DNA of 64,000 nucleotides from Lama guanicoe (Eukaryota), in contig MU053513.1 in the NCBI GenBank assembly GCA_013239625.1, positions 4,012,303 through 4,076,302 of the forward strand. Reading direction: 5' to 3'. Under the pieces are notes generated by a model. It saw only the letters and a list, made by a program, of their open reading frames with translations. It was not told where the DNA came from and did no database searches. Positions 50,431 to 63,725 of this stretch are shown here, piece after piece. How positions within the stretch are numbered: position 1 is the stretch's first letter; each line of letters opens with the position of its first letter. The position numbers were made by a program, and so were the translations under genes.

Positions 50431-51057
50431 GATAGAGAAGCAAGGTTCGTGGTGCTTGGCACATTGATCTGTACCCAGACAGTCCTCATGGAGAGAGGAC
50501 TATGAGTTTAAAAGGTGGAGGAGAAGGAGGTGAGGAGGAAGAATAGTGATGTTTGATGTATGCTTTGGTACCTACTAGGGGCAGCAGTGAGGGTCAGCAA
50601 ATGTGCTAACACCCCCATGGGAATGGTAGAACAGCAAATATCTCAAGATCACTCATTCAATTTATTCGTAAATGCATGCTATCTCTGGGAACTCTCAGAA
50701 ACGTGCACTGAGGACTGTTCAGAGCTCTGAGGTCTTGCAGAGCATGTGGGGGCAAAAAGCAATGAAGGCCTGTGTAACTACTGTTAGTATTACCCCAGCA
50801 AGAAAACAGGCCGCTGGGGCCTGCTTGAACTCAGGTTTGGATCAGTTATAACAACTGTTTCCTTTCTTCTGGAACTTTCATGTTGGGGAAAAGTGGCTTA
50901 TTCCCTTCCTGTAGAAAGTTGCTCAGTTGCTGTAACACATTCACATAAGAGATCAAAGAATACTCATCTTTTTTAGAATAAATCTCACTGATCTAAACAA
51001 AAGGTGTTGTTATTCTACTAACAGTTTCACTTGTTCCTGGGAGAAATCAATGGTCTG

Positions 51058-51099
51058 TCTCTCCTCTCCTTTCCTCTCCTCTCCTTTCCTCTCCTCTCC
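51058..51099. repeat. (CTCCT/TTCCT)n pentamer repeat
   Basis: Directly visible. Confidence 0.9.
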
Positions 51100-52530
51100 A
51101 AAGCACAGTCGTGTGGGGCTGTGTCTTTTCTATTTTCAGTTTATAAAATCTGCTAGGAACCACTTTAGTTATCTGGCATTTATTAGATAATTTCTTGTTC
51201 TCAACCCACCTATTTTTATACCTGGTGAAACTTCACTGTACTTAATATACCTTTCTATCTTAATTAATCACTTATGAGCACTGAATTTCAACTTCATTAG
51301 GTTGATTATAATCAACAGTTTTAACTTCAGCATCCTCCAGTTCAGGTTTCAATGTATTAATTTGAACAAATACACAACTCTGTCAAAAACGGATCAATTG
51401 TGTCCTTAAGACTCCGTAATAGTCTTAGCAGAGCCTCAATGGAAAGTCACTTTTTAAAAAAGTAATCCAGGTGACATATAGTACTAAGTTGAGTGTAAAA
51501 ATAATGATGATGATGACTTCTTACTTGTGTGTAACAGAATTTGATAGAAACATTTAGGACACACAATGTTGTCATTTTTAACACAATTTTTGCAACAATA
51601 GTTGCATCTATAAAGTAAAATGCAACAATGGCAGTTAGTGAATTCTTAGTTATATTCAGACTTTGGGTTAAAAAAAAAACTCTGGAGTTTACTATAAAGT
51701 CAAATAAGAGTACTTTGCAATATTTTGTGCAATTGTGTGTGCTTTTTCTGTGTGTACTGATGGCTAAATTCATAATGTTACAGAGGTGGGAAGGGACTGA
51801 AAGGCATCCAGGGCAACCGAACTGCATTATAGGTGTAGCATGCTCATGATACACAACGTATGCCAGATGAAAATCTGCGCTTGCAAAGTAAACCTATTAA
51901 CAGTTGATTATTTAATTTCTAAAGGATTCACTGCTGGGTATTTTTAAATTGCAGGCCCTCCAGGTATTGAAATGCTTGCTACTTTTGTTGCTAAAAGTAA
52001 GGTACATGACCCTTGGCTACTCTGAGCTGAGTGTGGGTTTTACAAACAAGTTTTAGGTCTGCCTCACAAGGAAGTTTCTTTTCTTTTTTTTCTTTTGTTA
52101 CCCCCACAGGGAGCCTCTAAATAGATGCACTGATTGGTAATAATTTATCCACATCTCTACCACATTTGTCTGAAAAACTTGGGCATTCAGCAGTGTTTGT
52201 GTAGTTGCTGCTGCTTCTAACCACTTATGTGGTGTAGCCGAGAAAGTGGCATTTGGAAAATAAGGTAATGCAGTGGGCCTGGGGGGACCAAGCTCAGTGT
52301 CTCCTGCCTGAGAATAATCCTCTTGTACCCTGATTTTTCTTCAGCCATTTATTGTCACTCAGAGGTAGAAGTACAAAGAGTCGAGTTTGTGGAGTCAGGT
52401 TCATTTGTACGTGTATATAGCTTAAAACCATTTGTGACCTGGGCAAGGCTGAATTTTGAATTTCTGCTATCTTTGAGAAGATTCAAATGACCCGCATGAA
52501 GTTAGCAATAAAGAGTTAAAAAACAACTAC

Positions 52531-52534
<4 letters not shown>

Positions 52535-52566
<32 letters not shown>
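52535..52566. repeat. (CA)16 microsatellite
   Basis: Directly visible. Confidence 0.97.
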
Positions 52567-52567
<1 letters not shown>

Positions 52568-52764
52568 TCTTGTTCTCTTAGTGAAAGCTTTCAGATTATT
52601 TTAAAGGAAACGGATTTAAAAAACTACTTCCTTTTCCTACACCGACCCAAGTATCATTATTAATTTTATTTTAACCTTTTACTTCTCTTTCTCTCTGACT
52701 CTTTAAACAATTATATTCAGAGCTGATGGAACGTTGTGCTCCATTAAGAGTTCAAAAGAGAGTT

Positions 52765-53762
52765 AGTCAAAATTAAAAACTTTTGTGCTTCAAAGACACT
52801 CTCAGGAAAGTGAAAAGTCAACCCACAGACTGGGAGAAAATATTTATAAATCATATATCCAATAAGGGACTCGTGTCCAGGATACATAAAGAAGCCATAC
52901 AAAAGCAATAATTAGAAAACAACCCAATTTAAAAAATGAGCAAAGGATTTAAATAGACAGTTCTCCAAAGAAACATACAAACATATATGTTGGTAAGCAC
53001 ATAAGACTGTCATCATCGTAGATCATTAGGGAAAAACAAGTCAAAACTACAACGAGATCCATTTTCTACCCACTGGAATTGCTATAATAAAAAAAAAAAA
53101 AGATGGTCAGTAACAAGTATTGGCAGGAATGTGGGGAAGTTGGAACTCATACGCTGCTGGTGGAAATCTAAAGTGATGCAGCCATTTTGCAAAACAGTTT
53201 GGTGGCTTTTTAAGTAAATTCATAGATTTACCATGTGACTTAGCAATTCTACTCCTACATATCTACCCACAAAAGTTGAAAACGTATATCCGTACACAGG
53301 CTTGTGCACAAATGTTTGTACGCAGTATTAATAAAAATATCCAAAAACTGTAAACAGCCAGAATGTCTGTCATTGGATGAATGGATAGACAAAATACAAT
53401 ATATGTATGAAACAGAATACTGTTTGTCAATAAAAAGAGACAACATGCTATAACACAGTTGAACCTCCGAATCTCAGAAACAGCTCAGTGAAAATGCCTA
53501 ACATAAAAGAACACATATTAGTCCATTTAAATGAAATATTCAAAAAAGGCAAACATATAGAGACAGAAATAGATCACTGGTTGCAAAGGGCTGGGAGTAG
53601 AAATCAGAGTGGTTGTAAATGGGTATATTTCTTTTTAGGATGTTGGAAATACTTTAAAATTAGTTTGTAGTGATAGGTGTACAATTATAAATACACTGAA
53701 ATTCATTGAACTCAATGTTAAAATGGGTGCATCTTATGATTGATAAATTAAATCTCCACAAA
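52765..53762 (+). mobile_element. L1MB-type 3' end (ORF2 C-terminus plus 3' UTR)
   Basis: aaaattaaaaacttttgtgcttcaaa...caacccacagactgggagaaaatattt...aaggcaaacatatagagacagaaa...taaattaaatctc. Confidence 0.92.
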
Positions 53763-55769
53763 ACTGGTGGAAAAAAGATTTATTATGAGTTCTGATCCAG
53801 ATCTTGATGGAAACTACTGCCTACCACATGGTATTCTTAATTTTGGTGAGCCTCACTTTATACCTGTGTACAGACTTATTATGATCCAGATTTGGAGAGT
53901 GTATTTAGAAAAATGCAAGTTTGCTATTTATTCCATGGAAGTTTTCTGGGCATTTTGATTTGGAGGCGCAGGAGCGGAATTGGGGTGTTAGAACACATGT
54001 TCTTATATGTGTGTTGTTAGTTGATAATGATTGACAGGACCCAGGAAGGTGCCCAAGATAATCAGTTAATTCCAACTTTGAAACTCCAGTTTCTTCCAGG
54101 GATACTGTAATGAGTTCCAAGGAGTAAGATGTGCTGAACTTAACTCCTAACAAAAATATTTCTTCACTGTTGACAACAAGAATAGATCGTCTTAAATTAA
54201 AAGAAGTACTAAATAATTTTTAAACATGACAACAGGACTCCAGTTTCAAGAGCTGTTAATACCTTCTTCGTATAGACCTTAAATCTGGTTTAAAAAAAAG
54301 TTACGAAACACTCCCCAAAACGAAAGCAAAGAAAAAAGCTCTTGTTTCTGTATCATCTCCCAGAGAACAAAGAAATATGCTAGTGCAAAACCCCCATGTG
54401 CCCTCAGATGCCTTTGTGTCAGCTTTGTACCTTATACCTGGTTTGGTTTTTTTTTCCTGGTGGGATAAATAAAGAAATCAAAAATATACTCTAACAAGTT
54501 TCAAGTCTCCTGTCCAAATTTATATATTAAGTGTAGAAGTCCACGTTCCATCATTATTGTTATTTCAAGTGAAAAGTTCTCTCTGAAAATGTAAAATAGG
54601 CCCATTAAAAAGCCAAACGTACATTAGTTACCTGCTCCCCTCCCCCACTCCTTTTTTTATTTTTTAAAGGATATATTCTGCATGATGGAGGCTAAAAGGT
54701 GGCAGCTGTGCCAAAGTAGTGGACCCTAAATCGCTGAGCAAAAATGAGAGAGGGGAGGCTCTGATTGCTCACAGTACAGGAGTGAATACGCGCTCTCAAC
54801 CACAAATCAAGCAAACTGAAAAAAAAAAAAAAAAAAGGCCCAATCAAGGCAGTAATGGCCTCCACTTCACAATCAGACAAGTGCTTCTTACTTGAAAAAT
54901 CCTACCATTTATAGCTGATTGCTAACCCTGGCCTCATTTCTAATCTAAAGGGCGAGTAATAATTTGGAAAAGGAATTATAACAACTTCCCAACAATTTAG
55001 CAAATTGTTATTATTTCAGGGGGAGGGGAGGAGGGTGGAAAGGATTTGCTTTTGTAACATGTTTCTCTTGTGGGCTACCATTTTCATGACATCAAATCCC
55101 ATTGCTGCCATGCTAGAATAGCAACTAATATATATTGGAAAATTTTTTTTAAATGGTGAGATTTTATGCCACGTCACATGTTTCAATATGGTCAAAGTTA
55201 TGGGTCTCCAAAGAAAAAGGGAGAAAGAGGAGCTGTCAGTCCTTTTGCACACATTTACCTACAATAGTCCCAAATAAGTCTGAGTGAATATCCTTGAGTA
55301 TCTCTGTTCTGGAAAGGATTTTGACCTTTTGGAGAATTTGACTTCATTAAAAAAAAATAATTCTGTTAAATGTTCCACTGGGTTTTTCATTCAGTGTTCA
55401 GTGTTGATGGATTTGTTTCAGGTATGGTTTCTGCTGATAGAAATATTGCAGTGTATGGTCTTCTTCACTTTTATTTTTGAATTTATACATTAGAATGAAT
55501 ATATTATATATGTGGTAATCATTTCATTAACATGTAACATCCATAAAAGTGAGGTACCTTTAACACAAGTATCGTTTGGGAGATTAATTATTTTCTACTG
55601 AGCAAGACACACACACGTGCGTGTGTATATAGTATTTTCTTCACCAAGCAGGTGACATACATATTTCGTGTAATATTGTATGAAAAAGATGTGGACCATG
55701 CTGCTTTCTGAGAAAGAAATTAGATGAAAAGAGTACAGAACAGAGGGAAATATTTAACCTAAGTGGCAA

Positions 55770-55925
55770 GAAAGGTAGTGGAAGCCACACTATCCAGCAT
55801 CTTAATTATTATACAAATGAGGAAGCAAAGGCTGCAGAAAGGTAGTAACTTCCTTAAAACTAGTAATTGACAAAGATTAAATTAAAACTTGGCTAGCCTT
55901 ACTCCCACTACCACACCTTTTGCAT
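55770..55925 (-). mobile_element. MIR fragment
   Basis: tatacaaatgaggaagcaaaggctgcagaaagg...agtaacttccttaa. Confidence 0.65.
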
Positions 55926-58900
55926 TGTATCCTATTCTTTCAATATCATTCTTCCAAGTGGCTTTAAATGACATGTTTTTAGTAATATGGCATGTTAGCC
56001 TCATATAGTACAGACACCAGGGATTTTTGTAATAAGATACACTTAACATCAACATGCAACTTTAAGCCTCTAGTGTCAGCAATAATATTGTTTCTGCATG
56101 TTTCGCCACTTTCCATTATCTTTGTAACAAAACTTTGCTGTAGTTTAGAGCCCTTTTATCCTTCCATATAAGATGATTAAAATACTACCTATGGAAAATA
56201 AACCACATTCTTTTTTATTTCCCAAATTAAGACCAGTTACCCAAAATAGAATAGACAATTAGTAGCAGAACCAAAATATATTGTTCTTTCACTTCTCTTT
56301 TCAGAAGAGAATTCAGTGGGCAGAATTCAGACCTCTGCAGATGTACAAAAGGCAATTGATGTGTCTGGAAAATCAGACTGTAATTCTGATACTAAGTTAG
56401 AAAAAGTGGAACTCCTGATTGTTTGAATCAAAGTAAATGTAATGAACATTTTAAAATTATTTATTCCTTTTTAGTGGAAAAAATAACTTCCTTTTGGTAT
56501 TTTCCATATGGCTAACAAATACTAGGTATAGAAAATATATCTAGTTTTTGAATCAAAGGAAATGCTTTGATTATAGATTGAAAATGTTAAACATAATATA
56601 CTATGCTTTCTGAAGAGCAACAGATTTTAAGCAGATCTAAAAAATTGGATTTAGAAAAACAAATATAAGTATCTTTATTTATGTATGTAACTGGAGTAAG
56701 GAGGCTAAATTTTTCAGATACCCCAAAATGATTTATAGCTTGCAATTACCCACTCCATTCAATATAAACAGGATCATAATTCATATTACATAATCTGTAG
56801 CACATTCTAAAATACATAATGCTCCTCTGGAAAAAAAGTTCTTATATCATCTCTCACGTCCAGCACGATGGCCTTAAAGGGAATTTTTTAAAAGAAATAA
56901 AGGATTGCTATTATTAAGTCCCAGAGTGGGAAAACAAAGTACTTTAGAAAGGAGCTTGAGATCTGAAAACTTTTATGAGAAGGAAATCTGAGATATTGTA
57001 ATGGGAGGTATTCATTTTGCTATGGAAAGTCAAGCGCTTGTTCTAATGGATACATTTGCTATACTTCACAGCAGTTTAAAAATCTGCGAAAAATCCGTTA
57101 GAGTTTCACTATGACTCAGGAGTGTCAGATGTAAAGGCTTGAAGAAAAGAACCAAGCAAACCCCCAAGCTCACAAAGTATTAAGCAGTGACCACGGGCAA
57201 AAACCGGAGGTGAAGCGTCATGAGAACTGGCCTGAGCGTTTTAGTGGAATTAACAAAAATGGACTTTAGATAAGAAACTCAAAACATGCTTTTGTTTCCC
57301 AGTTTTAAAATTAGACAAAGTAACAAAATCCATTCACTGCCCAACTAGGGGAGAAATTAGGGATCAGAGCCCAGGAAAATATTTTTCAAAGATAGCACTT
57401 TTCTAGGAAATGTCATATTCCTAACCTGCTATTTTATTAGAACTAAATGTCTTAGAGTACTACCACATGCTAAAATGACCCCTAGTGTTAGGAAATAGAT
57501 TCCTTAGGGTAAATCATAAGCACCAATATCATTTGTTATATAGTAATGTTAGCACACATATTTTGTCATTGCTTGTAATACAAGAAGCTGCCTTAGCCAA
57601 CACAAAGACACGAAGCATGCGGTAAAATGCAATCTCTTTTCTCTTGCCCATTAACTAAAAAAATATCTAATCCTCAGATCCACTCAAGCAATTTTAGATT
57701 TTCGTCATTCAGAAAGGACTTTTTCCTCATTACAAAATATATGTTTATAGTTATGAGTTATAGCAGATGTAGCTTCAAAGAGAAAAAAAGGCAGGATTTT
57801 TTAATAAAAATTCTGGTAGCATCGTCAAGGACAGTGTGTGGAACAATTTCAAGGCAGGCTTCTGGAGTTGTATAGTTACCTCTATGTAGGAAATCCTAGC
57901 TTTTATGGACTAAATGGGAAAGTACTCAAGCTGTGTTAGCTGTGTAAATCATTAGACACGTTATAACAAGACTCCACAATGTATGAGTATTTAAAAGCAC
58001 TTGTATCATTAAACCTACACAAATGAATTTTACGGTAGCCGTTTAACAGTAATTTTTATATCATAAAGAAATTTTGGAGGGAGAATATAATATGAAGGAA
58101 TACAGTTCCCTCAAGGTAGCAAAGAAGTGCAACACATACGGTGTAAAGGGATCTCTTCACCAAGAAACACACAACCGTAAGAGGGTTGCATTAAGATTCC
58201 GTAATGAATAATTAAGCTCTATTATGACTTTTTTGGTGTTTGTGGCAAATAAATAAAACTAGTAACGTCAAGTGTGGTTTAGAGAAGCAAGGAGGGATTA
58301 GAACAAAAATTAACAACAAAAAAAAAAAAACCCTGCATGGATTGTAATCCAATGCAAAATGAAACATTAAAATGAAAAATAGAGGCATATGTTTAAGCTA
58401 TTTAGAAACTATTGATTGTACATGATAAATATTATGTTAAAAATAAGAAATTTTGTTTGCACTGTATTATTTGTCAATGAACATCTAAAAAAAGTGAAAG
58501 TAAGAGCTAATAAAATATAGATTTATGATGTAGGTTAAAAAATCAAAATTACTTACCTAACAGCCAAGCACCATGTGATTAATTTCAGAATAATTGAATA
58601 AATATGCATGTTATAAAGTGCAGAATAAAAATGTGTGTTAAAAATACACAAAACCACTTCCAAATACATGTTTTGAATTCTGCTCTGGGCTTAATTTGAA
58701 AGATTTCCTGGAGGAAAAAAACACCATGCTTCTTCCTCTGTGCTTAATGCTACCAGAGTAATTATCTAAGAAGAATATGCCATGATGATAAACTTCATTA
58801 TTCAATAACATTAGTAAACATTAAAATATTTAAAGAATATTGTACTGCATCATGCTTCATTCTATTTAAATCTCACAATTATAGCAGTCTTTTCTTCATG

Positions 58901-61206
58901 TGTTTCTCTGTGGGATGAACTGCTAGGATTTGATAATCTGCTGCTAATGCAAGCTGATAGGACGGTCATATGACCTAATTAAACATCGAGATTCATATTT
59001 AAAATATATAATTACCAGAGTGTCATTTTTTAAAAATGTAATTACTGGTTTCTACTTTAATAGCAAAAATTGATGTTCATGTCAACAAGACTATGGAAAG
59101 CTTTCTGGAAAATGTTTTTCTTCTCTGATTGTAAAGAAATTATGAAAAATCTCAGTATTGAAACCTATTATAATATTATTTTTATGGAATACATTCTCTT
59201 GTCTTTCATGAAATTTCTGCTTCCAGAAGTATATTATATGTCATTTCTTATTGTCCCTTGGAATCCATTCGTCTCTCTTTACAGGAACATATTGTCATCT
59301 TTGGCATTTGAGAAATCCACGCACAAGGCTAGTGTGCAAGGTAAGCGAAGCAACAAACTTCCATTATTTTAAAACAAAATAGACTTGAAGATCTGGGGCT
59401 TTGGGGAGGAATTTTTCATTTCTGAATTGCACAAAATCATTCATAATTACCTCTTTGTGATTTCAATATCACAAATCCCTTCTGATTAGCCCTCTTAAAA
59501 AAAGAGAGGAACCCGCTTCAGAATTGTTTGGCCCTGTTGGAAGCCCGGTCTTAGAGAACGGCAGATTATGTAATTAAACTGAATCATGTATTTTCCATAG
59601 AAACAAGGCATGATACTGGGACTGATGCAAGCTATATGCTTATTTCTATATTTAGACAGCTCAACGTCAACAGCCTGGCGGTCCAGTGACTGATCAGCCA
59701 AGAGTTAAGGCAGCCTTCCTGGCTTTTCAATTTCAAAAATACGGAAAGACAGAAAAAAGTAGTGACTATAGAAATGGCTGATGAAACGTGAACCTTTTAA
59801 GGAACTGTTCTTCATTTGTTGTCCCCACAAATAGTATTTTCCCACTTAGAGGACTTACTTGCTTAGAGTGCAGTATGGAGCGGTCTGGGGAAACAGTTAC
59901 GCTTAGGATCCAAAAAGGAGATCCAGGCAAGAAAGTAAAAACGTTAAGTTCACAGAGGAAACATGCCAAGTACCTCCAGAAGTTGTAAGTGAAAATACAA
60001 ATGTAATATTTAAGAAAAATGCTCTTTGGTTTTCTAAATGCGAAGTGTAAATTAGAGATGACAAGAATAAACTAGGCGTTATTGCCACTACCTCTAACAC
60101 GCAGTAGCAGTAGGAAGGGAATAAATCACTGAAGATTTGTCAGCATTTGATGAAGTCCTTTTATGAAGGACACTCTTTCTTACGAGGTTTCACATCCACA
60201 CCAAACCACAATTGTGGTCCTAAGTGCCCAGCTGTGCTGTATTTTGAAATCCGCAGCACTATACTCCAGTGGAAAATGTGCTATTTACATTTTACCTAGA
60301 CAATCAGGAAGAAAATTCAGTGTCACAAAAGTCCCTCAAAATCAAGAGAACAAAAAAGTCTGCCAGCGGCTGTACAAACTCCAGAATACGCTGTTACTGG
60401 GAATCAATGGACATCAGCCTTAGAATGATTGTTTTAAACCAACAGCAATGGATTATTTAGAGACTTGGCAATTGAGTGTAGATACAAATTTTGTAACTAC
60501 TTGTCATCTAAGTATTGAACATTATATTTAACATAAGAATAGACAGGACTGCATGAGGAGTAGTAAAAACACTAAAAATAAATTTGACATGGGAATCTGT
60601 AACCTGGATTAATTTTATTATAATTTCCCCCCCTTTTCTAGGACACCTGTAGATTGAATACAGATTATACAGAGACAGCAATTTCCTTCGAAGCCTCTAC
60701 ACATATAAATATATAGATTTATCTTCTGAATTTGCACAAAATGAGGTTTATTATGAATTCTTTACACATACACTTTACTTATGTGTGTGTAAAAATATTT
60801 AAATATATAAACGTGATTTTACAATTCTGACTATATACAGATTTTAGAGTCAAGCAGACTGAAAATTTGAAGTACAGCTTGTTCTCAATATTTCTCTCGC
60901 TTTATGTCTTAGACATAACATAATTTTCATGGCATACTGGAACAACAAAGGTGAAGACTTCTGGATATTTAGCTTTTGTTATTAAAATACCAAATGACTA
61001 AAATATCATTTGACATTATGTGATTTCATTTTTTTAGAAGAATAAATGGCAGAGTCATTTTTATTCATACTATTTTTTCTTAAAAATAAAAACACCAAAA
61101 TATGCTAGCATTGGTTTTATAAAGAAAATAAAGCAAACCAAAGCCCACAGTCACCACCTCAGTTTTAAGATACGCTGTAACTGCTCCGTCAGGTCCGCTG
61201 TGTGTA

Positions 61207-61227
61207 GTGCTCTGCCACCTGGTGGCC
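61207..61227 (-). promoter_or_regulatory. Strong CTCF-binding motif
   Basis: Reverse strand reads GGCCACCAGGTGGCAGAGCAC, a close match to the CTCF core, in unique sequence. Confidence 0.7.
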
Positions 61228-61904
61228 TCTTGTGAAACATTCAGATGTGCTGGGGCTTTCTGCTTCTCTTTCTTCCTATACCCCCTCCTTTACAGAACTA
61301 ATGAATTATACTTCGATTTGACCATATACCTGTTGTTGTGGCAAACGCTGGCTAGTTCATGTGACTTGCCAATTTGCTTTTGCCTCATTTCAAAGCATCA
61401 GTACAAATTAGCTGCAAGATTAACAGAAGGTTTGAATAAGTTATTGGCAATTGTTAAGTAAAATGAAATGAGCTAGAATTTCTTGATTCTGCAGAGTGCT
61501 TTTCTCCAAAGAATTGGGAACAATTTATTTGTCTTACCATATTCTGAAAAATAGGTAGGGGTAGATATTAAGCCATGAAAAGCTAAAGAACAAAGGAATT
61601 CATTAAATGAATATAAGGAGATGGCATTTCCACGTGTTGATGTGAACATTGCTGCTAGTACATCATAGAAATGAACTGGGTAGACAGTTTTAGATGTCAT
61701 GTCTGTCAACACATCTCATGGTTGATGTAAACTGCTAGATCCAACCTTTGAATAATGATCACTTAGGAACTGATTATTATACCCTGATGAATCTTTCCAT
61801 AATTATTAAAATAAAAAAACAACAACTTGCTGTCATGAATACATCTAGGTTTCAGAATGTAGTTTCTAAATGCCAGGGAACTGGTTCTCTTTGGCTGGAA
61901 ATAT

Positions 61905-62447
61905 CACACACACACACACACACACACACACGGGTATATTATTCAGCCATAAAGAAGAATGAAATCTTGCCATTTGTAACAATGTGGATGAACCTCGAGG
62001 GCATTATGCTAAGTGAAATAAATCAGACATAGAAAGATAAATATTGTATGATCACTTATATGTGGAATCTTAAAAACAAAAGAACCCCTCTCAAATCAAG
62101 CTTACAGATACAGAGAACAGATTGGTTGCCAGAGGTGGGAGGTGAGGCAGGTGGAAGAAATGGGTGAAGGGGATCAACAGATAAAAAGTTCCAGTTATAA
62201 AATAAATAAGTCATGGGGATGTAATATATACAGCATGGTGACTGTTCTTAACAATACTCTTGTTTATTTGAAAGTTGCTAAGAGAGTAAATCTCAAAAGT
62301 TCTCATGGCAAGAAAAAATATGTTTGTAACTATGTATGATGATGGATGGTAACTAGATTACTGTGGTGATCATTTTGCAATGTGTGCAATGTAGAATCAT
62401 CACATTGTGCACTTGAAACTAATATAATATGTTAATTATACTTCAAT
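61905..62447 (+). mobile_element. L1MA-type 3' end, starting with (CA)13
   Basis: tattattcagccataaagaagaatgaaatcttgccatttg (YYSAIKKNEILPF)...gaaagttgctaagagagtaaatctcaaaagttctca...ttatacttcaat. Confidence 0.95.
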
Positions 62448-62479
62448 GACAGAAAACAAACTATAAAGTAAAATAGTTA

Positions 62480-62810
62480 GGAAAATAATTTTTAGAAACC
62501 GACAATGTGCAAGACATTAGAGATACAAAAATGATGGAAATACAGCTTTCCCCTTCAAGCAAATTTTAGTACGGTGATGGTGGATGTATACGTGTGCAAT
62601 TAATACATGCAAAGCTGCTCTTTGATATGTAGGATTACACAGGTGGAGACAAAGTGCTGTGTAATGTGTGGCATTACAACGTATAGCACTGGGAAAGTGC
62701 TGCGAGAAACAAATGGAGTAAATTAATTCTGATGTGAGCTATCAGGAAAACTTCTCAAAAGAGGCAACATTGGAGCGCCTTGACCGATAAGCAGAATTTA
62801 AAGAGCACAA
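62480..62810 (-). mobile_element. Degenerate L2 3' fragment
   Basis: aatgtgcaagacattagagatacaaaaatga...atcaggaaaacttctcaaaagaggcaacattgga. Confidence 0.55.
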
Positions 62811-62877
62811 CAGAAGATCATAGCAACTGCACAACAGTGTCCACAACGCAAACAAAACCTGTAATAACAGTGCTGGG

Positions 62878-62968
62878 AGGAAAGCTCTGTGAGGACAGGG
62901 ACTTTGTTTTATCTCTATGTGACTGACACACGGTAGGCTCTCTATATTTTTTAAGGAAATGAATAAAT
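62878..62968 (+). mobile_element. L2 3' end
   Basis: aagctctgtgaggacagggactttgttt...gacacacggtaggctc...aaatgaataaa. Confidence 0.7.
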
Positions 62969-63234
62969 TGTAAAAGCATTGTGCAATTGTTGTATCATGT
63001 GTGAATAGAAAGTTAACAGTTTGATCATTGGGAAAGATTTCACTTTTCCTCTTGCCTGGCTTATATTTGGAGGCAGGACTTTCTTTCCAGTTATCCTTGG
63101 AATAGCTAAAGAAAATAGGTCATTTCTGTGATATTCAAATGTATGAAAAGCTCGTGTTAATAAAACTGACAGAAAGATCTGGAAAAGGTATATAGAGAAG
63201 GAAAGAATTTCCTAGCATATTTAGATAGTCTGCC

Positions 63235-63515
63235 ACCGATTTGAAAATGAGCTAACGAGGATGTCCAGAAGTACTAAATAATAAAATGCAGTCTTTGAAA
63301 TGTAAGACTGAGTGGGCCAGCTAGAAGGAGATTAGACACAGCTGAAGAGGGAATGAGTTTGCCGAAAGATAACCCGAGTAAATGCCACAGAACGAAGCCC
63401 GTAGAGAGATGGGAGCAGGAGGGGTGGATGAAGGTGAGACAGAGAACAGATCGATGAAGCAGGTCCCCTGTATGGCTAATGGCAGTTTCAGAAGGAGAGA
63501 AGAGATAAGGAAAGG
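63235..63515 (+). mobile_element. Old L1 ORF1 fragment
   Basis: agattagacacagctgaagagggaatgagt (RLDTAEE), typical L1 ORF1 coiled coil. Confidence 0.65.
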
Positions 63516-63517
63516 TG

Positions 63518-63725
63518 TGAACCATGGACTTTAGTTAATAATACTGTATAAATACTGGCTCCTCAGTTGTAACAAAAACACCACGCTAACGTAAGTTGCC
63601 GATAATAGGAGAAACTCAGCCAAAAGAGGGGCGAGGGGAGGTGTATGGGAACTCTCTGTGCTTTCTTCTCAGTTTTTTGTCAACCTAAAACTACTCTCAA
63701 AAATAAAATCTGTTTAAATAAATAA
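63518..63725 (+). mobile_element. L1MC/L1MD-type 3' end
   Basis: aaccatggactttagttaataata...ttgtaacaaa...tatgggaactctctgtgcttt...aacctaaaactactct...aaataaa. Confidence 0.85.

Noticed and set aside
57112..57118. AP-1 site TGACTCA
   Set aside because: A single 7-mer is expected several times by chance in 64 kb
60761..60793. 12-bp hairpin as a possible pre-miRNA
   Set aside because: Stem is CA/TG low complexity and too short for a pre-miRNA
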